DNA from: an uncultured Caulobacteraceae bacterium
GTDB lineage: Bacteria > Pseudomonadota > Alphaproteobacteria > Caulobacterales > Aquidulcibacteraceae
Assembly: GCA_964557085.1 (NCBI GenBank)
Contig: CAZKYS010000001.1
Location: 1 to 62,303, forward strand
Reading direction: 5' to 3'
Length of the DNA stretch: 62,303 nucleotides
This document shows positions 1 to 10,110 of this stretch, in pieces. The notes beneath the pieces were generated by a model that worked only from the letters and a program-made list of their open reading frames with translations, ran no database searches and was not told where the DNA came from. Position 1 is the first letter of the stretch. Every line of letters starts with the position of its first letter. A program made the translations under genes and the position numbers.

Positions 1-1617
1 TGGATCAAGTTCACCCGGTCTTTGGGTTATTATCGCCACCGAACATCCATATTTACGGCCCTCTTTCGCAATTCTTGAAATTGCTAAACGGGTTGGAATA
101 AAGCCAAGTTCACGCTCTTTGGGAACATATCTATGGGCCTCTTCACATACCAATAGAACTTTAATCGCACCTTGACTTGCGCGCGCAACATCAAAACTTA
201 GGCGTGCAATAACTGCGGCAACGCAATTAATCACTTCGCCAGGAAGGCCTGCAAGATTAATTGTTGTCATTGGTTTACCATTTGCAGGCAACCTAAAGAT
301 ATGACCGATGATTTTTGAAAAATTCTCTTCGCGCCCGCCGCGTGCGAACATAAAACTATATCGCGGATTGTTTTCTAATATTTCCAATCGTGTTCGAAGG
401 CTTTTTAGTGCATGGCGGCCAAACCTTGGTTCAAGCTGCCCCAATGTTTCTTCAATATATTTAATAACATCGCTCATGCGATATGGAACAGGTGTATCGA
501 CAACTATAATTCCATTATGACCATTTGAAGTGCCAGCAGAAAGCATTTGTGCTTGCCTATCTTGCTTTGCTTGAACAACAAATTCTTGAAGAATTTCAAT
601 TTCATCATCATTAATATTGCCCTTGAATACAACATCAATCAATTCGTCAAAGTTTAATAGCCAATAAGGTAATTCAAGTGAATTTTGGTCTAAATTATTT
701 GCTTTATCACCAAATGCACTTGCAAATTCATCGTGCGGGTCAAGCATTACAACTCTAAGATTTGGCTCGGCTTCTATAACGCGTGAAACCACAAGACCAA
801 CTGCACAAGATTTACCAACGCCCGTTGTTCCCATAATTGCAACGTGACGACCAAGAATATCATCAACACCAACTGATGCGGCTATATGTTGGTTTTGGCT
901 TAATGTTCCAACATCAATTGATTTCTTATTTCCCAAATCATAAATGCATTCAAGATCTTTAAAGCGAATACGGTGTGCAATCGCGCCAACAGGTGGGAAT
1001 TTTGTAACACCACGTTTGAAAGTAGTGCCGTGATTGGTTTCATTTACTTCGCCAAAAATATCGGCAAGAATTATTATTGAATTTATTGCCTCTTCGCGCC
1101 AATGACCGATTTCAGTGCGCATTTCAGTTATCATACATACAACGCGCCCATGCGCAGTTGATATTGAAATCATTTGACCAATGGACCATGATTCTTCATC
1201 CATCATGTTTTCATGGTCTGTGGTTGATGATATTATTACTTTTGAACCGGTACAGCATGTTACACGACCAATTGACCTGCTTGCGCTTTGCCCTTGAGAA
1301 CGCCTATCGCCCGCATAATTTGCAACATTAGGTTCAGGTAAAGACGTTTCTTTAATGGTAAAAGTATCAATTTTTTCTGGTTGCTTAACACTTGAATTAT
1401 CTTTTACAATTGGCGGATTTGTAGGTTTAGCAGGGCTTATTGCAGTGCGCAAATTCGCAGGTTGTTGCTGGTTAACACCTTTATAAAGCCTTGCTTTTTG
1501 TTCTTCACTCATGAACATTTGAATTTGTTCAAGTAATCCTTCAGTAGATGAATTAGCCGCTTCTGGTTTTGTGCCATCCTGATTTTGATTTGTTTCAACC
1601 ATAAACTCACTCGCCAT
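1..1617 (-). CDS. HerA/FtsK-superfamily (DUF87-type) ATPase, runs off the left window edge
   Basis: Not in ORF track (no stop in window). Manual translation from ATG 1617 gives Walker A HVAIMGTTGVGKS, LDPHDEF, Walker B LLVCEEAHRY and C-terminal AKEGRKYG...TQRPGELD, typical of HerA-like ATPases. Confidence 0.88.
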   Translation of the reverse strand, partial: MASEFMVETNQNQDGTKPEAANSSTEGLLEQIQMFMSEEQKARLYKGVNQQQPANLRTAISPAKPTNPPIVKDNSSVKQPEKIDTFTIKETSLPEPNVANYAGDRRSQGQSASRSIGRVTCCTGSKVIISSTTDHENMMDEESWSIGQMISISTAHGRVVCMITEMRTEIGHWREEAINSIIILADIFGEVNETNHGTTFKRGVTKFPPVGAIAHRIRFKDLECIYDLGNKKSIDVGTLSQNQHIAASVGVDDILGRHVAIMGTTGVGKSCAVGLVVSRVIEAEPNLRVVMLDPHDEFASAFGDKANNLDQNSLELPYWLLNFDELIDVVFKGNINDDEIEILQEFVVQAKQDRQAQMLSAGTSNGHNGIIVVDTPVPYRMSDVIKYIEETLGQLEPRFGRHALKSLRTRLEILENNPRYSFMFARGGREENFSKIIGHIFRLPANGKPMTTINLAGLPGEVINCVAAVIARLSFDVARASQGAIKVLLVCEEAHRYVPKERELGFIPTRLAISRIAKEGRKYGCSVAIITQRPGELDP

Positions 1618-1737
1618 GTTTGATTGAATTATTAAAATTCAACCATTTTAGATATATCTTTAGCTTGTGATTCTTAATCGCTTGATATTAACAAATCATT
1701 TTACTTGGCAAATATTTTAGCGTTTTTATTATTTATT

Positions 1738-4161
1738 TTAGGCCGCAACTTCTTCGTGTGGTATTGCTACAAGTGGAAGAATTACGTCTACTTTGGTTCC
1801 AACGCCAACTTTTGAAGTTATAGACATTGAGCCGCCATGCATACGGGCAAATGAATTACATAAAGCAAGGCCAAGACCAGTTCCTTGGTTTAGGCGTGAA
1901 TGCTCATTTTCAACTTGTTCAAATGGCTTTGCAAGGCGCGGTATATCATCACCATTTATACCAATGCCATTATCAATAACGGAAATTGTTATATTCAAAT
2001 CATCGCGGCGCGTACGAACCAAAACTCGACCACCATTTTCGGTGAACTTAATTGCATTCGAAAGCAAATTTATCAAAATTTGACGCACGGCACGCGCATC
2101 CGCAACAATATAATCATCACCCTCGATATCTTGTTCAATTTTTATATTTTTTTCTTCGGCTTTGACGCGAACAATACGAATTGCCTGTTCTATCGTTTCT
2201 TCCATAGACATATTTTGCGGATAGATTTTGAATTTTCCGCTTTCGATTTTTGCCATGTCTAAAACGCCATTGATAAGCTCAAGTAAATGAACACCACTTT
2301 CGTTAATGTCGCGAATATATTCACGATAATTTGGATTTCCCAAAGGACCATACATTTCACGCATCATCATGTCAGAAAAACCAATAATTGCATTAAGTGG
2401 TGTTCTTAATTCATGGCTCATATTGGCAAGGAAGGCATCTTTTGATTTAGAGGCTTGTTCGGCACGGCTTTTTTCAACTTCATAGCGTTTTGCAAGCTCT
2501 GCAGCCTCGCGCTCAGAAGCGCGCAATGCCTCAATAACTTCTGAAAGGCGTTTATTATTTTCGTTTACATTATCCTCACTTTGTTTTTGTGGTGATATAT
2601 CAAGACCAAGTGAAATCATACCACCATCAGAGGTTTGACGCTCGATTAAGCGAAGCCATTGACCATTTTGCAATTGTATTTCCTGTGCCTGCGGATCGCT
2701 TCTATCAGAACGCCTTGAAACAATATTTTGCGATGCAGAAGCAAAAATTTCATCGTATTTTGTGCCAACTTTCAGCAAACCAACATCAATATTGAAAACC
2801 TTCATAAAAGCATCATTCCACATTATGAGTGTGCCGCCACGTCCCCATAATGCAAATGGTCCAGCAAAACTGTTGATTGCGTCTTTTAATCTTCTTTCGG
2901 CGTTATTGGCGCGCATATCAGTGTGCATTTGTTCAGTAATATCAATCGAAACGCCAATAATACGCACCTGATGCGCATCATCCTTATTGCCAATAGAGCG
3001 ACCACGGAATTGTAAAAAAACAGGCTTTATTTTTTGATTATCTGGATGATGAACCTCAACATGAAAATCAATCGCGCCAATTTGAACACATGCACGAAGC
3101 GCAGATCTTAACCTTAATTTATCATCCGCACTAAGACATTTAAGCAATTCTTCGGTTCGATAACGGCCTGCATCTTTTAGACCAAAACTTCTTGCAAGGC
3201 GGGTTGTAAGATAAACATTATCATCTGTAATATTCCAATCCCAAACGCCACATTTTGCCCCATCAATAGCAATACGCAATCTTTTTTCCGCCTCACGCAT
3301 TTGCAATTCGGCATAGGTAGATTTTTGACCTTGGTCTTTAACAACGAACCAAATTCCAAAGAACGCAAGTATCGGCCCAAGTATAAGAAGGGCATAAAAC
3401 AACATAGTTTTATATATTGCACCTTCGGCATTTGCACGCGCTTCAAGTATAAAAACTATGAAACCTGATTTATTAATACTTCCGCCAATAAGATATTGTT
3501 CACCGCCATTTGATTTCACAAATTGACCCCAATTTTGATTTTCAGACGGTAAAGAAGAAAAACCAAGTGCATCACGAATATTTTTAAATCCCTGTAGCTT
3601 TAAAACAGATGCGGAATATACAATCGCGCCATCCTTATCAGTGACAATCATATTTTGCCCAGACTTTAGAAGTGGGCTTGGCTTTATTTTGATTAAAGCA
3701 ACCGCAGTTTGATTTTTTACATCGCGAACCGATATTGCAGGAAAGAAATGACCATCTTCACGCGCAACAGCGCCAACCCAACCAATATCATTGGCAAGTT
3801 GCGATGCAGCAGCCAACGCAGTCGCCGATTTTGTATCAATTGAAGTTGATGAAATCATCTCACCATTTGGGCCAAAAGTTGCAACAACATCAACAATATC
3901 ACTTGCAGCGGCGCGGCCCGCCGCCTCTGTTGCGCTTTGTGATGCGAATGCAGCCATTGTTGATTTTAAACTGATTAGATTGGCGTCAATATCAGATGAA
4001 ATAAGGCGAGCACTTGAATATGAATTATCAAAAATTCGCGCTTTTTGGTGGTCAATATCGCTTTTGGCTTTGATAATGATTGCGGCAATAAAAAGCGCGC
4101 ACAGCAAAAGCGTAACAGCAATAGGCCATTGCCCATTCTCCTGTATATCACGCTTTGCCAT
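1738..4161 (-). CDS. pleC: Membrane PAS-domain sensor histidine kinase, PleC-like
   Basis: Two hydrophobic segments around a periplasmic region, PAS segments (AKCGVWDWN; GPFALW), H-box FLANMSHELRTPLNAIIGFSDMM, N-box NLLSNAIKFT, DNGIG and GTGLGL. ATG 4161 preferred over the ORF-track start 4212. Confidence 0.8.
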   Translation of the reverse strand: MAKRDIQENGQWPIAVTLLLCALFIAAIIIKAKSDIDHQKARIFDNSYSSARLISSDIDANLISLKSTMAAFASQSATEAAGRAAASDIVDVVATFGPNGEMISSTSIDTKSATALAAASQLANDIGWVGAVAREDGHFFPAISVRDVKNQTAVALIKIKPSPLLKSGQNMIVTDKDGAIVYSASVLKLQGFKNIRDALGFSSLPSENQNWGQFVKSNGGEQYLIGGSINKSGFIVFILEARANAEGAIYKTMLFYALLILGPILAFFGIWFVVKDQGQKSTYAELQMREAEKRLRIAIDGAKCGVWDWNITDDNVYLTTRLARSFGLKDAGRYRTEELLKCLSADDKLRLRSALRACVQIGAIDFHVEVHHPDNQKIKPVFLQFRGRSIGNKDDAHQVRIIGVSIDITEQMHTDMRANNAERRLKDAINSFAGPFALWGRGGTLIMWNDAFMKVFNIDVGLLKVGTKYDEIFASASQNIVSRRSDRSDPQAQEIQLQNGQWLRLIERQTSDGGMISLGLDISPQKQSEDNVNENNKRLSEVIEALRASEREAAELAKRYEVEKSRAEQASKSKDAFLANMSHELRTPLNAIIGFSDMMMREMYGPLGNPNYREYIRDINESGVHLLELINGVLDMAKIESGKFKIYPQNMSMEETIEQAIRIVRVKAEEKNIKIEQDIEGDDYIVADARAVRQILINLLSNAIKFTENGGRVLVRTRRDDLNITISVIDNGIGINGDDIPRLAKPFEQVENEHSRLNQGTGLGLALCNSFARMHGGSMSITSKVGVGTKVDVILPLVAIPHEEVAA

Positions 4162-4367
4162 ATTATTAGTCAAACCCCAAATCCTTGGATAAGATATTAG
4201 CCAAAGTGGCAAATCAATACAGCAATTGGTAATATAAATAACAAAGCTGTCAATATAAAGAATTGAAGCTAAATTACTTTAATGCTTCCAACCTTAGCAA
4301 TATTTCTTCACCCAAATATTGAGTGAAGGCAATCTTGCCCCCGCTTAAATCGCCCCTTAATTAGTTG

Positions 4368-6992
4368 CTAAAGTGATTTGATTATTCCACCAAGGATTTC
4401 ATGCAATTGTTTTGAAACGCCTTGCACTAATATTGCATCAATATGTTGTTTGGCTAAATCGCGCCTTTGTTTTTCAACCTTTGTTACACGCTCAAAAGCG
4501 GTGGCAAGGCGCGCGGCAACTGATGGATTAACTTTATCATATTGAAGAAGAAAATCGCAAATCGCCTTATAACCTTTACCATCTTTTTGATGAAATCCGA
4601 TTGGATTACTAATTGAAAAAGCACCAATAATTGCGCGAACACGATTTGGATTTGTTATCTCAAAGCCATCATCTTTCAACAATGTTTCAAGGTTTGCAAT
4701 AATATCCCCTGTTGGCGAATTTGCGCGTAATGAATAATATTTATCCATAACAAGCGCATTATTTTCAAATCTATCCTTGAACTTTGCCAAAGCATTTGCA
4801 AATTCATCACCACCAATTCGCGACAAAGCGCTCAAAGCCGCCATTTTATCGGTCATATTTGTGGAATTATCATAAGCATTTTTCGCAAATTGCGCGCCAT
4901 TTTGGGCAAAACTTAAATAATATAGGCATTGTGAATTTAAAGCGCGCTGCCCCTCACCCGCTGCATCAGGAACAAATTTTTGTGATGGATTATATGATTT
5001 ATGCACTTCTTCGATAATCTTTTTATGTTTATCGCAAATCGCCCGTGCCAATATTTCGCGCGCGGCAAAAATATTTTCAGGAATACAATCTTGCATTATT
5101 TGCATCAAATCATTGGTTGACGGCAATTGTAACAATAAGGCCGCATAAGCACGGTCATTTTGCGCATTTTTCAATGCATTACCATATGCATTAATCAAAA
5201 CATCAGACGGAACATATGCTTTTCCATTTGATATTTCTTGCGCACCAAAAACCAAATTTTTACGCGCAATAGTTTGCAGGCTTTCCCATTTTACATAAAA
5301 ATCATCATCATATTGCGCCAATACCGCCAATTCTTCATCCGTATGATCAGAATTTAAAATGATTGGCGCACTATAGCCACGCATCATAGAAACAATTGGC
5401 TTTTTAGGCATATTTTCAAAGCGTAAAATCAACTCTTTCCCTGCGTGATTTAGGGAAATTAGATTTGCTTTTTTGCCTTGTGCCATATCTAAAATAAGGC
5501 GGTTTCCATTTTCGTCAAAAAAGGCCAAATCAATCGGAATTGGCACCCAATCCTTATTTGTCTGATTTGGCGTATCCTTAGTTTCTTGGCTAATTTTTAA
5601 TTCTAAGACATTGTTTTCAAAGCGGGTTTCAAGGGTAACAATTGGCGTTCCTGCTTGTGAATACCATCTTTCAATGCCATCCAAATCATTTTGTGAACTT
5701 TCCCTTAAAGCAGCAAGCCAATCTTCAATTGTTGCGGCCGTTCCGTCATTTTTCTCAAAATAATTTATTGCACCGGCAAGAAATGCTTCTTGACCCAATA
5801 TGTTCTTTGCAACCCTTATTACCTCGGCGCCTTTTTCATAAATTGTTGAAGTATAAAAATTATCAATTGCCGCATATTCATGTGGGCGCACACTATGGGC
5901 ATTTGGGCCATTATCTTCGGCAAATTGGCGCGCACGCAATGCGATAATATTCTGAATACGATTAACCGCATGAGAGCGCATATCCGCAGAGAATTCTTGA
6001 TCCCGATAAACCGTAAATCCTTCTTTCAAAGACAATTGAAACCAATCACGACATGTAACGCGATTTCCCGACCAATTATGGAAATATTCATGCGCAACAA
6101 CGCCTTCAATACGTGCATAATCTAAATCTGTGGCGGTTTCTTCATCCGCTAATAAAAGCGATGAATTGAAAATATTAAGCCCTTTATTTTCCATTGCGCC
6201 CGCATTGAAATCACGCACGGCAACAATGTTGAAAATGTCCAAATCATATTCACGAAGATAATTTTCTTCATCCCATTTCATTGAACGTTTTAGTGAATCC
6301 ATTGCATATTTTGCACGCTCACTATCGCCCTGTTCGACATAGATATTAAGCTCAACCTCATTGCCATTCATAGTTGTGAAACTATCGCTTAATTTATCAA
6401 AACTTCCGGCAACAAGGGCAAATAAATATGATGGCTTTGCCCATGGATCATCCCATTCAGCAAAATGACGACCATCGCCAAAATCCCCATAGCTTACTAA
6501 ATTGCCATTTGACAAAAGTGTTGGATATAATTCTTTGTCCGCTTGAATGCGTACAAAGAAATGCGCCATAACATCTGGCCTATCGGGCCAGAAAGTAATT
6601 CTTCTGAAACCTTCGGCCTCACATTGCGTGCAAAAGCGACCGCTTGAAACATAAAGACCTGATAAGGCAGTATTTTTCAATGGATTAATTGCAACTTTGA
6701 TTGCAAGTTCAACCCTATTGCCACCATCAATTATTAGTAAATCATCTTTGTATGAATATTGATTTTCGCTTAAGGTTTCGCCATTCCTATTGATAGAAAT
6801 AATTTCCAATCCTTCGCCATTTAGAATTATTTTCTCACTTTCTTCAAAGCCAGATTTTAATTCAAGGCGCATTTTTGAACTTACTATTGTTCTTTCTTTT
6901 TCAAGTTCAAAAACTAATTGTAGGTTTGGAATATAATAAGGATAAGGCTTATAATCACTAAGTTGGATTTTGTTTTGCGAATCTGTTTTCAT
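4368..6992 (-). CDS. pepN: Aminopeptidase N (M1 zinc peptidase)
   Basis: GAMENKG and HEYFH...LKEG motifs, TQCEAEGFRRIT, C-terminal NPNRVRA; ATG 6992 preferred. Confidence 0.96.
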   Translation of the reverse strand: MKTDSQNKIQLSDYKPYPYYIPNLQLVFELEKERTIVSSKMRLELKSGFEESEKIILNGEGLEIISINRNGETLSENQYSYKDDLLIIDGGNRVELAIKVAINPLKNTALSGLYVSSGRFCTQCEAEGFRRITFWPDRPDVMAHFFVRIQADKELYPTLLSNGNLVSYGDFGDGRHFAEWDDPWAKPSYLFALVAGSFDKLSDSFTTMNGNEVELNIYVEQGDSERAKYAMDSLKRSMKWDEENYLREYDLDIFNIVAVRDFNAGAMENKGLNIFNSSLLLADEETATDLDYARIEGVVAHEYFHNWSGNRVTCRDWFQLSLKEGFTVYRDQEFSADMRSHAVNRIQNIIALRARQFAEDNGPNAHSVRPHEYAAIDNFYTSTIYEKGAEVIRVAKNILGQEAFLAGAINYFEKNDGTAATIEDWLAALRESSQNDLDGIERWYSQAGTPIVTLETRFENNVLELKISQETKDTPNQTNKDWVPIPIDLAFFDENGNRLILDMAQGKKANLISLNHAGKELILRFENMPKKPIVSMMRGYSAPIILNSDHTDEELAVLAQYDDDFYVKWESLQTIARKNLVFGAQEISNGKAYVPSDVLINAYGNALKNAQNDRAYAALLLQLPSTNDLMQIMQDCIPENIFAAREILARAICDKHKKIIEEVHKSYNPSQKFVPDAAGEGQRALNSQCLYYLSFAQNGAQFAKNAYDNSTNMTDKMAALSALSRIGGDEFANALAKFKDRFENNALVMDKYYSLRANSPTGDIIANLETLLKDDGFEITNPNRVRAIIGAFSISNPIGFHQKDGKGYKAICDFLLQYDKVNPSVAARLATAFERVTKVEKQRRDLAKQHIDAILVQGVSKQLHEILGGIIKSL

Positions 6993-7018
6993 TCGATAAC
7001 AATAGGCCAAATAGGCAA

Positions 7019-7510
7019 TTAATCAAAGAGTGCGTCAACCTCATCTTGACTAGATTCTGCGGCGCGGCCGTGTATCATTCCATCAAGCATCATAATTGCC
7101 GATTGCAATGCAAAACAGGTTTCGGAGCAATAATCAGAAAGCTCACCATTTTCATTTATAAGTTTTTCTGCTTCTTTTATGGCGATTTTTACCATATGGC
7201 CCAATTCATGGGATAAATTATCAAACGGTTTTTTACGCTCTTCTGGTATTAAATGATAAACCGCGATTGCCAATTCTTTATCATGAAAGTGGGAGCGTCT
7301 AAAATGCTCCTCGTATGATAATGGTTCCCAAATAACCAATTCATCAATCATTTCAGGCATATCGGCAAGAAGACCAAAAAGCATAACAGCTTCATTAAAA
7401 ACATTAAGATAGTCAGTGGCGAATCCTGTTTTCGGGCTAATATTGGCCTTTGCCAACATTTCCTTATCCAGAAAATCAAAATCATCGATATGACTAAATG
7501 CCGTGTTCAT
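7019..7510 (-). CDS. Hypothetical helical protein with C-terminal SQDEVDALFD motif
   Basis: Clean ORF co-oriented between acyl-CoA synthetase and pepN; ATG 7510 (GTG 7525 alternative); function not recognised. Confidence 0.75.
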   Translation of the reverse strand: MNTAFSHIDDFDFLDKEMLAKANISPKTGFATDYLNVFNEAVMLFGLLADMPEMIDELVIWEPLSYEEHFRRSHFHDKELAIAVYHLIPEERKKPFDNLSHELGHMVKIAIKEAEKLINENGELSDYCSETCFALQSAIMMLDGMIHGRAAESSQDEVDALFD

Positions 7511-7566
7511 ATAAATGCTATGCACTAATTTGCGTTATCAAAAAATTAAAACGGCACAAAGAAAAA

Positions 7567-9363
7567 TTAAAATCTTACTTTTCCCGCAGCAATATTGTCA
7601 TAATCCTCATCAGACATTGGAACATATTTTTGCAATTGCGGATTTAGCCAATAGATTTGATCGTCAATCATTTCAGGGTCAAAACCTTCACGAACTAAAT
7701 CAACTTTTTTGTATTTAAACGTTGCCGTGGTTTCCATTTCTTTGCGAATTCTAAAGAATAATGGTAATGCATAGCTTGGTAATTGGGCTTTTAAATGCGC
7801 CAATAGTGCGTCAAAATCAATTGGTTTTGGAATAACTAAAACCGCCATACCCGCGCGCCCCTCATGATTTGGAACGCTTACGCCATAGGCATTTGCTTCT
7901 TCGATGCCATCAAAAGTGCCCAATGCCCCGCCAACATCAGCGGTTGAAACATTTTCTGATTTCCATCTAAAAGTATCGCCAATCCTGTCAACAAAATAGA
8001 AATAGCCCGCTTTGTCTTGGCGCATTAAATCGCCAGTTCGAAAATACATATCGCCTTCAACTTTAACATTACGAAGGATTTTTTTGTTGGTGGCCTCTTT
8101 ATCATTGGCATAACCATCAAATTGACCACGTGGATCATTAGGGTCAAGGCTTCCAACCGCCTCACCAATTTCATCAGGGCCGCAGAAAATGCATAATCCA
8201 TTTTCATCACGAACCGGCATTTCCGTTTCAATATCAAACTTTACAAGTGAAATATTGATTTTCTTTTCTAAATATTTTGGCTTGCGCCCAATTGCACCCT
8301 TTTTGCCGGTAAGATTGGTAAGGAATACATTGCCTTCGGTTGAGCCGTAAAATTCCATGATTTTTGGAATTTTAAATCTTTCCTCGGCCTTGTCCCAAAC
8401 TTCGGGGCGAAGGCCGTTTCCAAAGCATGATTTAACCTTATGCTTGGTTTCAAATTCATTTGGTTCTTGCGTTACCAAATAACGGAACATCTCACCAATA
8501 TATACGAATATTGTGCAGCCATTATTTACTATATCAGGCCAAAACTGGCTTGCTGAAAATCGCTTACGAATTACCAATGTGCCACCAGTATTAAGCGCCA
8601 AGCCAACGGCGCAAATACCGCCAGTGCCATGATATAAAGGAAGCGGAAGATAAACAACATCATCACGACCTGCGCCAGTTCCTGCAATGAATACCCTACT
8701 CATACCTTGAACCCGCGATTGGCTGATTACAGCGGCTTTAGGGCTTCCTGTTGTTCCTGAAGTATAAAGGAAAAGGCATGGATCTTTACCCATAAGGCGC
8801 GAACGATGAATGCGATTTGGGCGCCTTGTTGTTTGCGCGTTTAATGCCCTATCCAAATCACCAAGCCCTGCAATTGGTGTTCCAAATCTTTGGAATGACG
8901 CAACATCAGGACATTCATTTGCAACAGGCGCCCAAATTGGTGCTAATTCGTCATCTACGATGATAGCCTTAGCTTTGGCAACATTAACAGAATGACTTAA
9001 TTGCTGACCAACCATATTTTGATTAATAAGCGCACTTACAATGCCAATTTTCGATAAGCCATACCAGCATGCAATATAATCAGGATGGTTCTGCATAAAA
9101 ACTGCAACCACATCCCCAGCCCTAAGGCCAGAATCAAATGCCCAATTTGCATATCGATTAGCAAGATTATCAAACTGACTATAAGTAAGTTTTTTATTAT
9201 CGCAAATTATTGCTGTTCGTGAACCATTTTGGTCACAAACCCTCTCCCAATCATCGGCGAGTAAATTTGTATGTGTCGGCGTAAGTTCTTCAATCCACAC
9301 GTTTGTTTTTCGTGCCAAAAGCGCAAAATCTATTTCTTCTTTAATTTTCGCGAAAAGGCCCAT
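7567..9363 (-). CDS. Long-chain acyl-CoA synthetase (FATP/VLACS-like)
   Basis: AMP-binding YTSGTTGSPKAA, EFYGSTEG, FRTGDL, DRIGDTFRWKSENVST. Confidence 0.92.
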   Translation of the reverse strand: MGLFAKIKEEIDFALLARKTNVWIEELTPTHTNLLADDWERVCDQNGSRTAIICDNKKLTYSQFDNLANRYANWAFDSGLRAGDVVAVFMQNHPDYIACWYGLSKIGIVSALINQNMVGQQLSHSVNVAKAKAIIVDDELAPIWAPVANECPDVASFQRFGTPIAGLGDLDRALNAQTTRRPNRIHRSRLMGKDPCLFLYTSGTTGSPKAAVISQSRVQGMSRVFIAGTGAGRDDVVYLPLPLYHGTGGICAVGLALNTGGTLVIRKRFSASQFWPDIVNNGCTIFVYIGEMFRYLVTQEPNEFETKHKVKSCFGNGLRPEVWDKAEERFKIPKIMEFYGSTEGNVFLTNLTGKKGAIGRKPKYLEKKINISLVKFDIETEMPVRDENGLCIFCGPDEIGEAVGSLDPNDPRGQFDGYANDKEATNKKILRNVKVEGDMYFRTGDLMRQDKAGYFYFVDRIGDTFRWKSENVSTADVGGALGTFDGIEEANAYGVSVPNHEGRAGMAVLVIPKPIDFDALLAHLKAQLPSYALPLFFRIRKEMETTATFKYKKVDLVREGFDPEMIDDQIYWLNPQLQKYVPMSDEDYDNIAAGKVRF

Positions 9364-9529
9364 AAAAACTCCCATATATGTTTACAATTCAATATTATTT
9401 GATTTGCTTAATATTTGGGAAATCTGATTAAGTTTTGCAAGTAAGAGAATAATTCAATCTGTTGCAAATGCTGACGCTACGGCACATTTTTACGAACTTT
9501 ATGTCAACAATAATTGGTAAAAATAATTA

Positions 9530-10096
9530 TTAATCGAGTGCCATATTGCCGAGGTCGCCCTTATAAATTTTATCAAGTTTTTTCAAAAGCCTTGTTTTAA
9601 ATTCTTCTGAGCAATAATTACCATTAGTTTTGTAATTATAACCATTTTGAACTTTTTCAAGATATTCAATAACGCCCTTATTCCAAAAATCGTCATATGT
9701 TGCATCAAGCTTGTTACCTGCATAGATTTTATTTTTCATATCCGCAAATGGCGCTTTATCCCATCCACAAGCCTCTGGAAGTTTTGACCATTGGCCCATC
9801 AAAGATAATTGATATGACTTATAAAAATCATCAAGAGTTTCAGGTGACGCGGTTGTATCTGCAGGTGACATTGGCTGTCCTGTGGCTTTATTCATAACTT
9901 GCGCATTTTTGATACGGGTTACATCTGCGGCCGAAAACTCACCAATTCCACCATCGCTTCTTGGTGGCGGGCCATTAGTTGACGGCACTTGGCTTGCAAT
10001 TGCCACATCTTCCTTAGAAATTTGATTTTCAGCTTTCTTTGAACAAGCGCCAAAAAACATTAATGCAACTACACTTACTATAATTGTTTTTTTCAT
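9530..10096 (-). CDS. Hypothetical lipoprotein
   Basis: ATG 10096 after AGGGA RBS; MKKTIIVSVVALMFFGAC lipobox; two further Cys; no family recognised. Confidence 0.8.
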   Translation of the reverse strand: MKKTIIVSVVALMFFGACSKKAENQISKEDVAIASQVPSTNGPPPRSDGGIGEFSAADVTRIKNAQVMNKATGQPMSPADTTASPETLDDFYKSYQLSLMGQWSKLPEACGWDKAPFADMKNKIYAGNKLDATYDDFWNKGVIEYLEKVQNGYNYKTNGNYCSEEFKTRLLKKLDKIYKGDLGNMALD

Positions 10097-10110
10097 TGAT
10101 ATTTCCCTGA

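Noticed and set aside
4306-4328. Hairpin CTTCACCCAA/TTGAGTGAAG after pepN
   Set aside because: No U tract on the coding strand; cannot be called a terminator.
4345-4360. TTAA-N8-TTAA upstream of pleC as a CtrA site
   Set aside because: Canonical spacing is 7 nt and TTAA is common in this AT-rich DNA.
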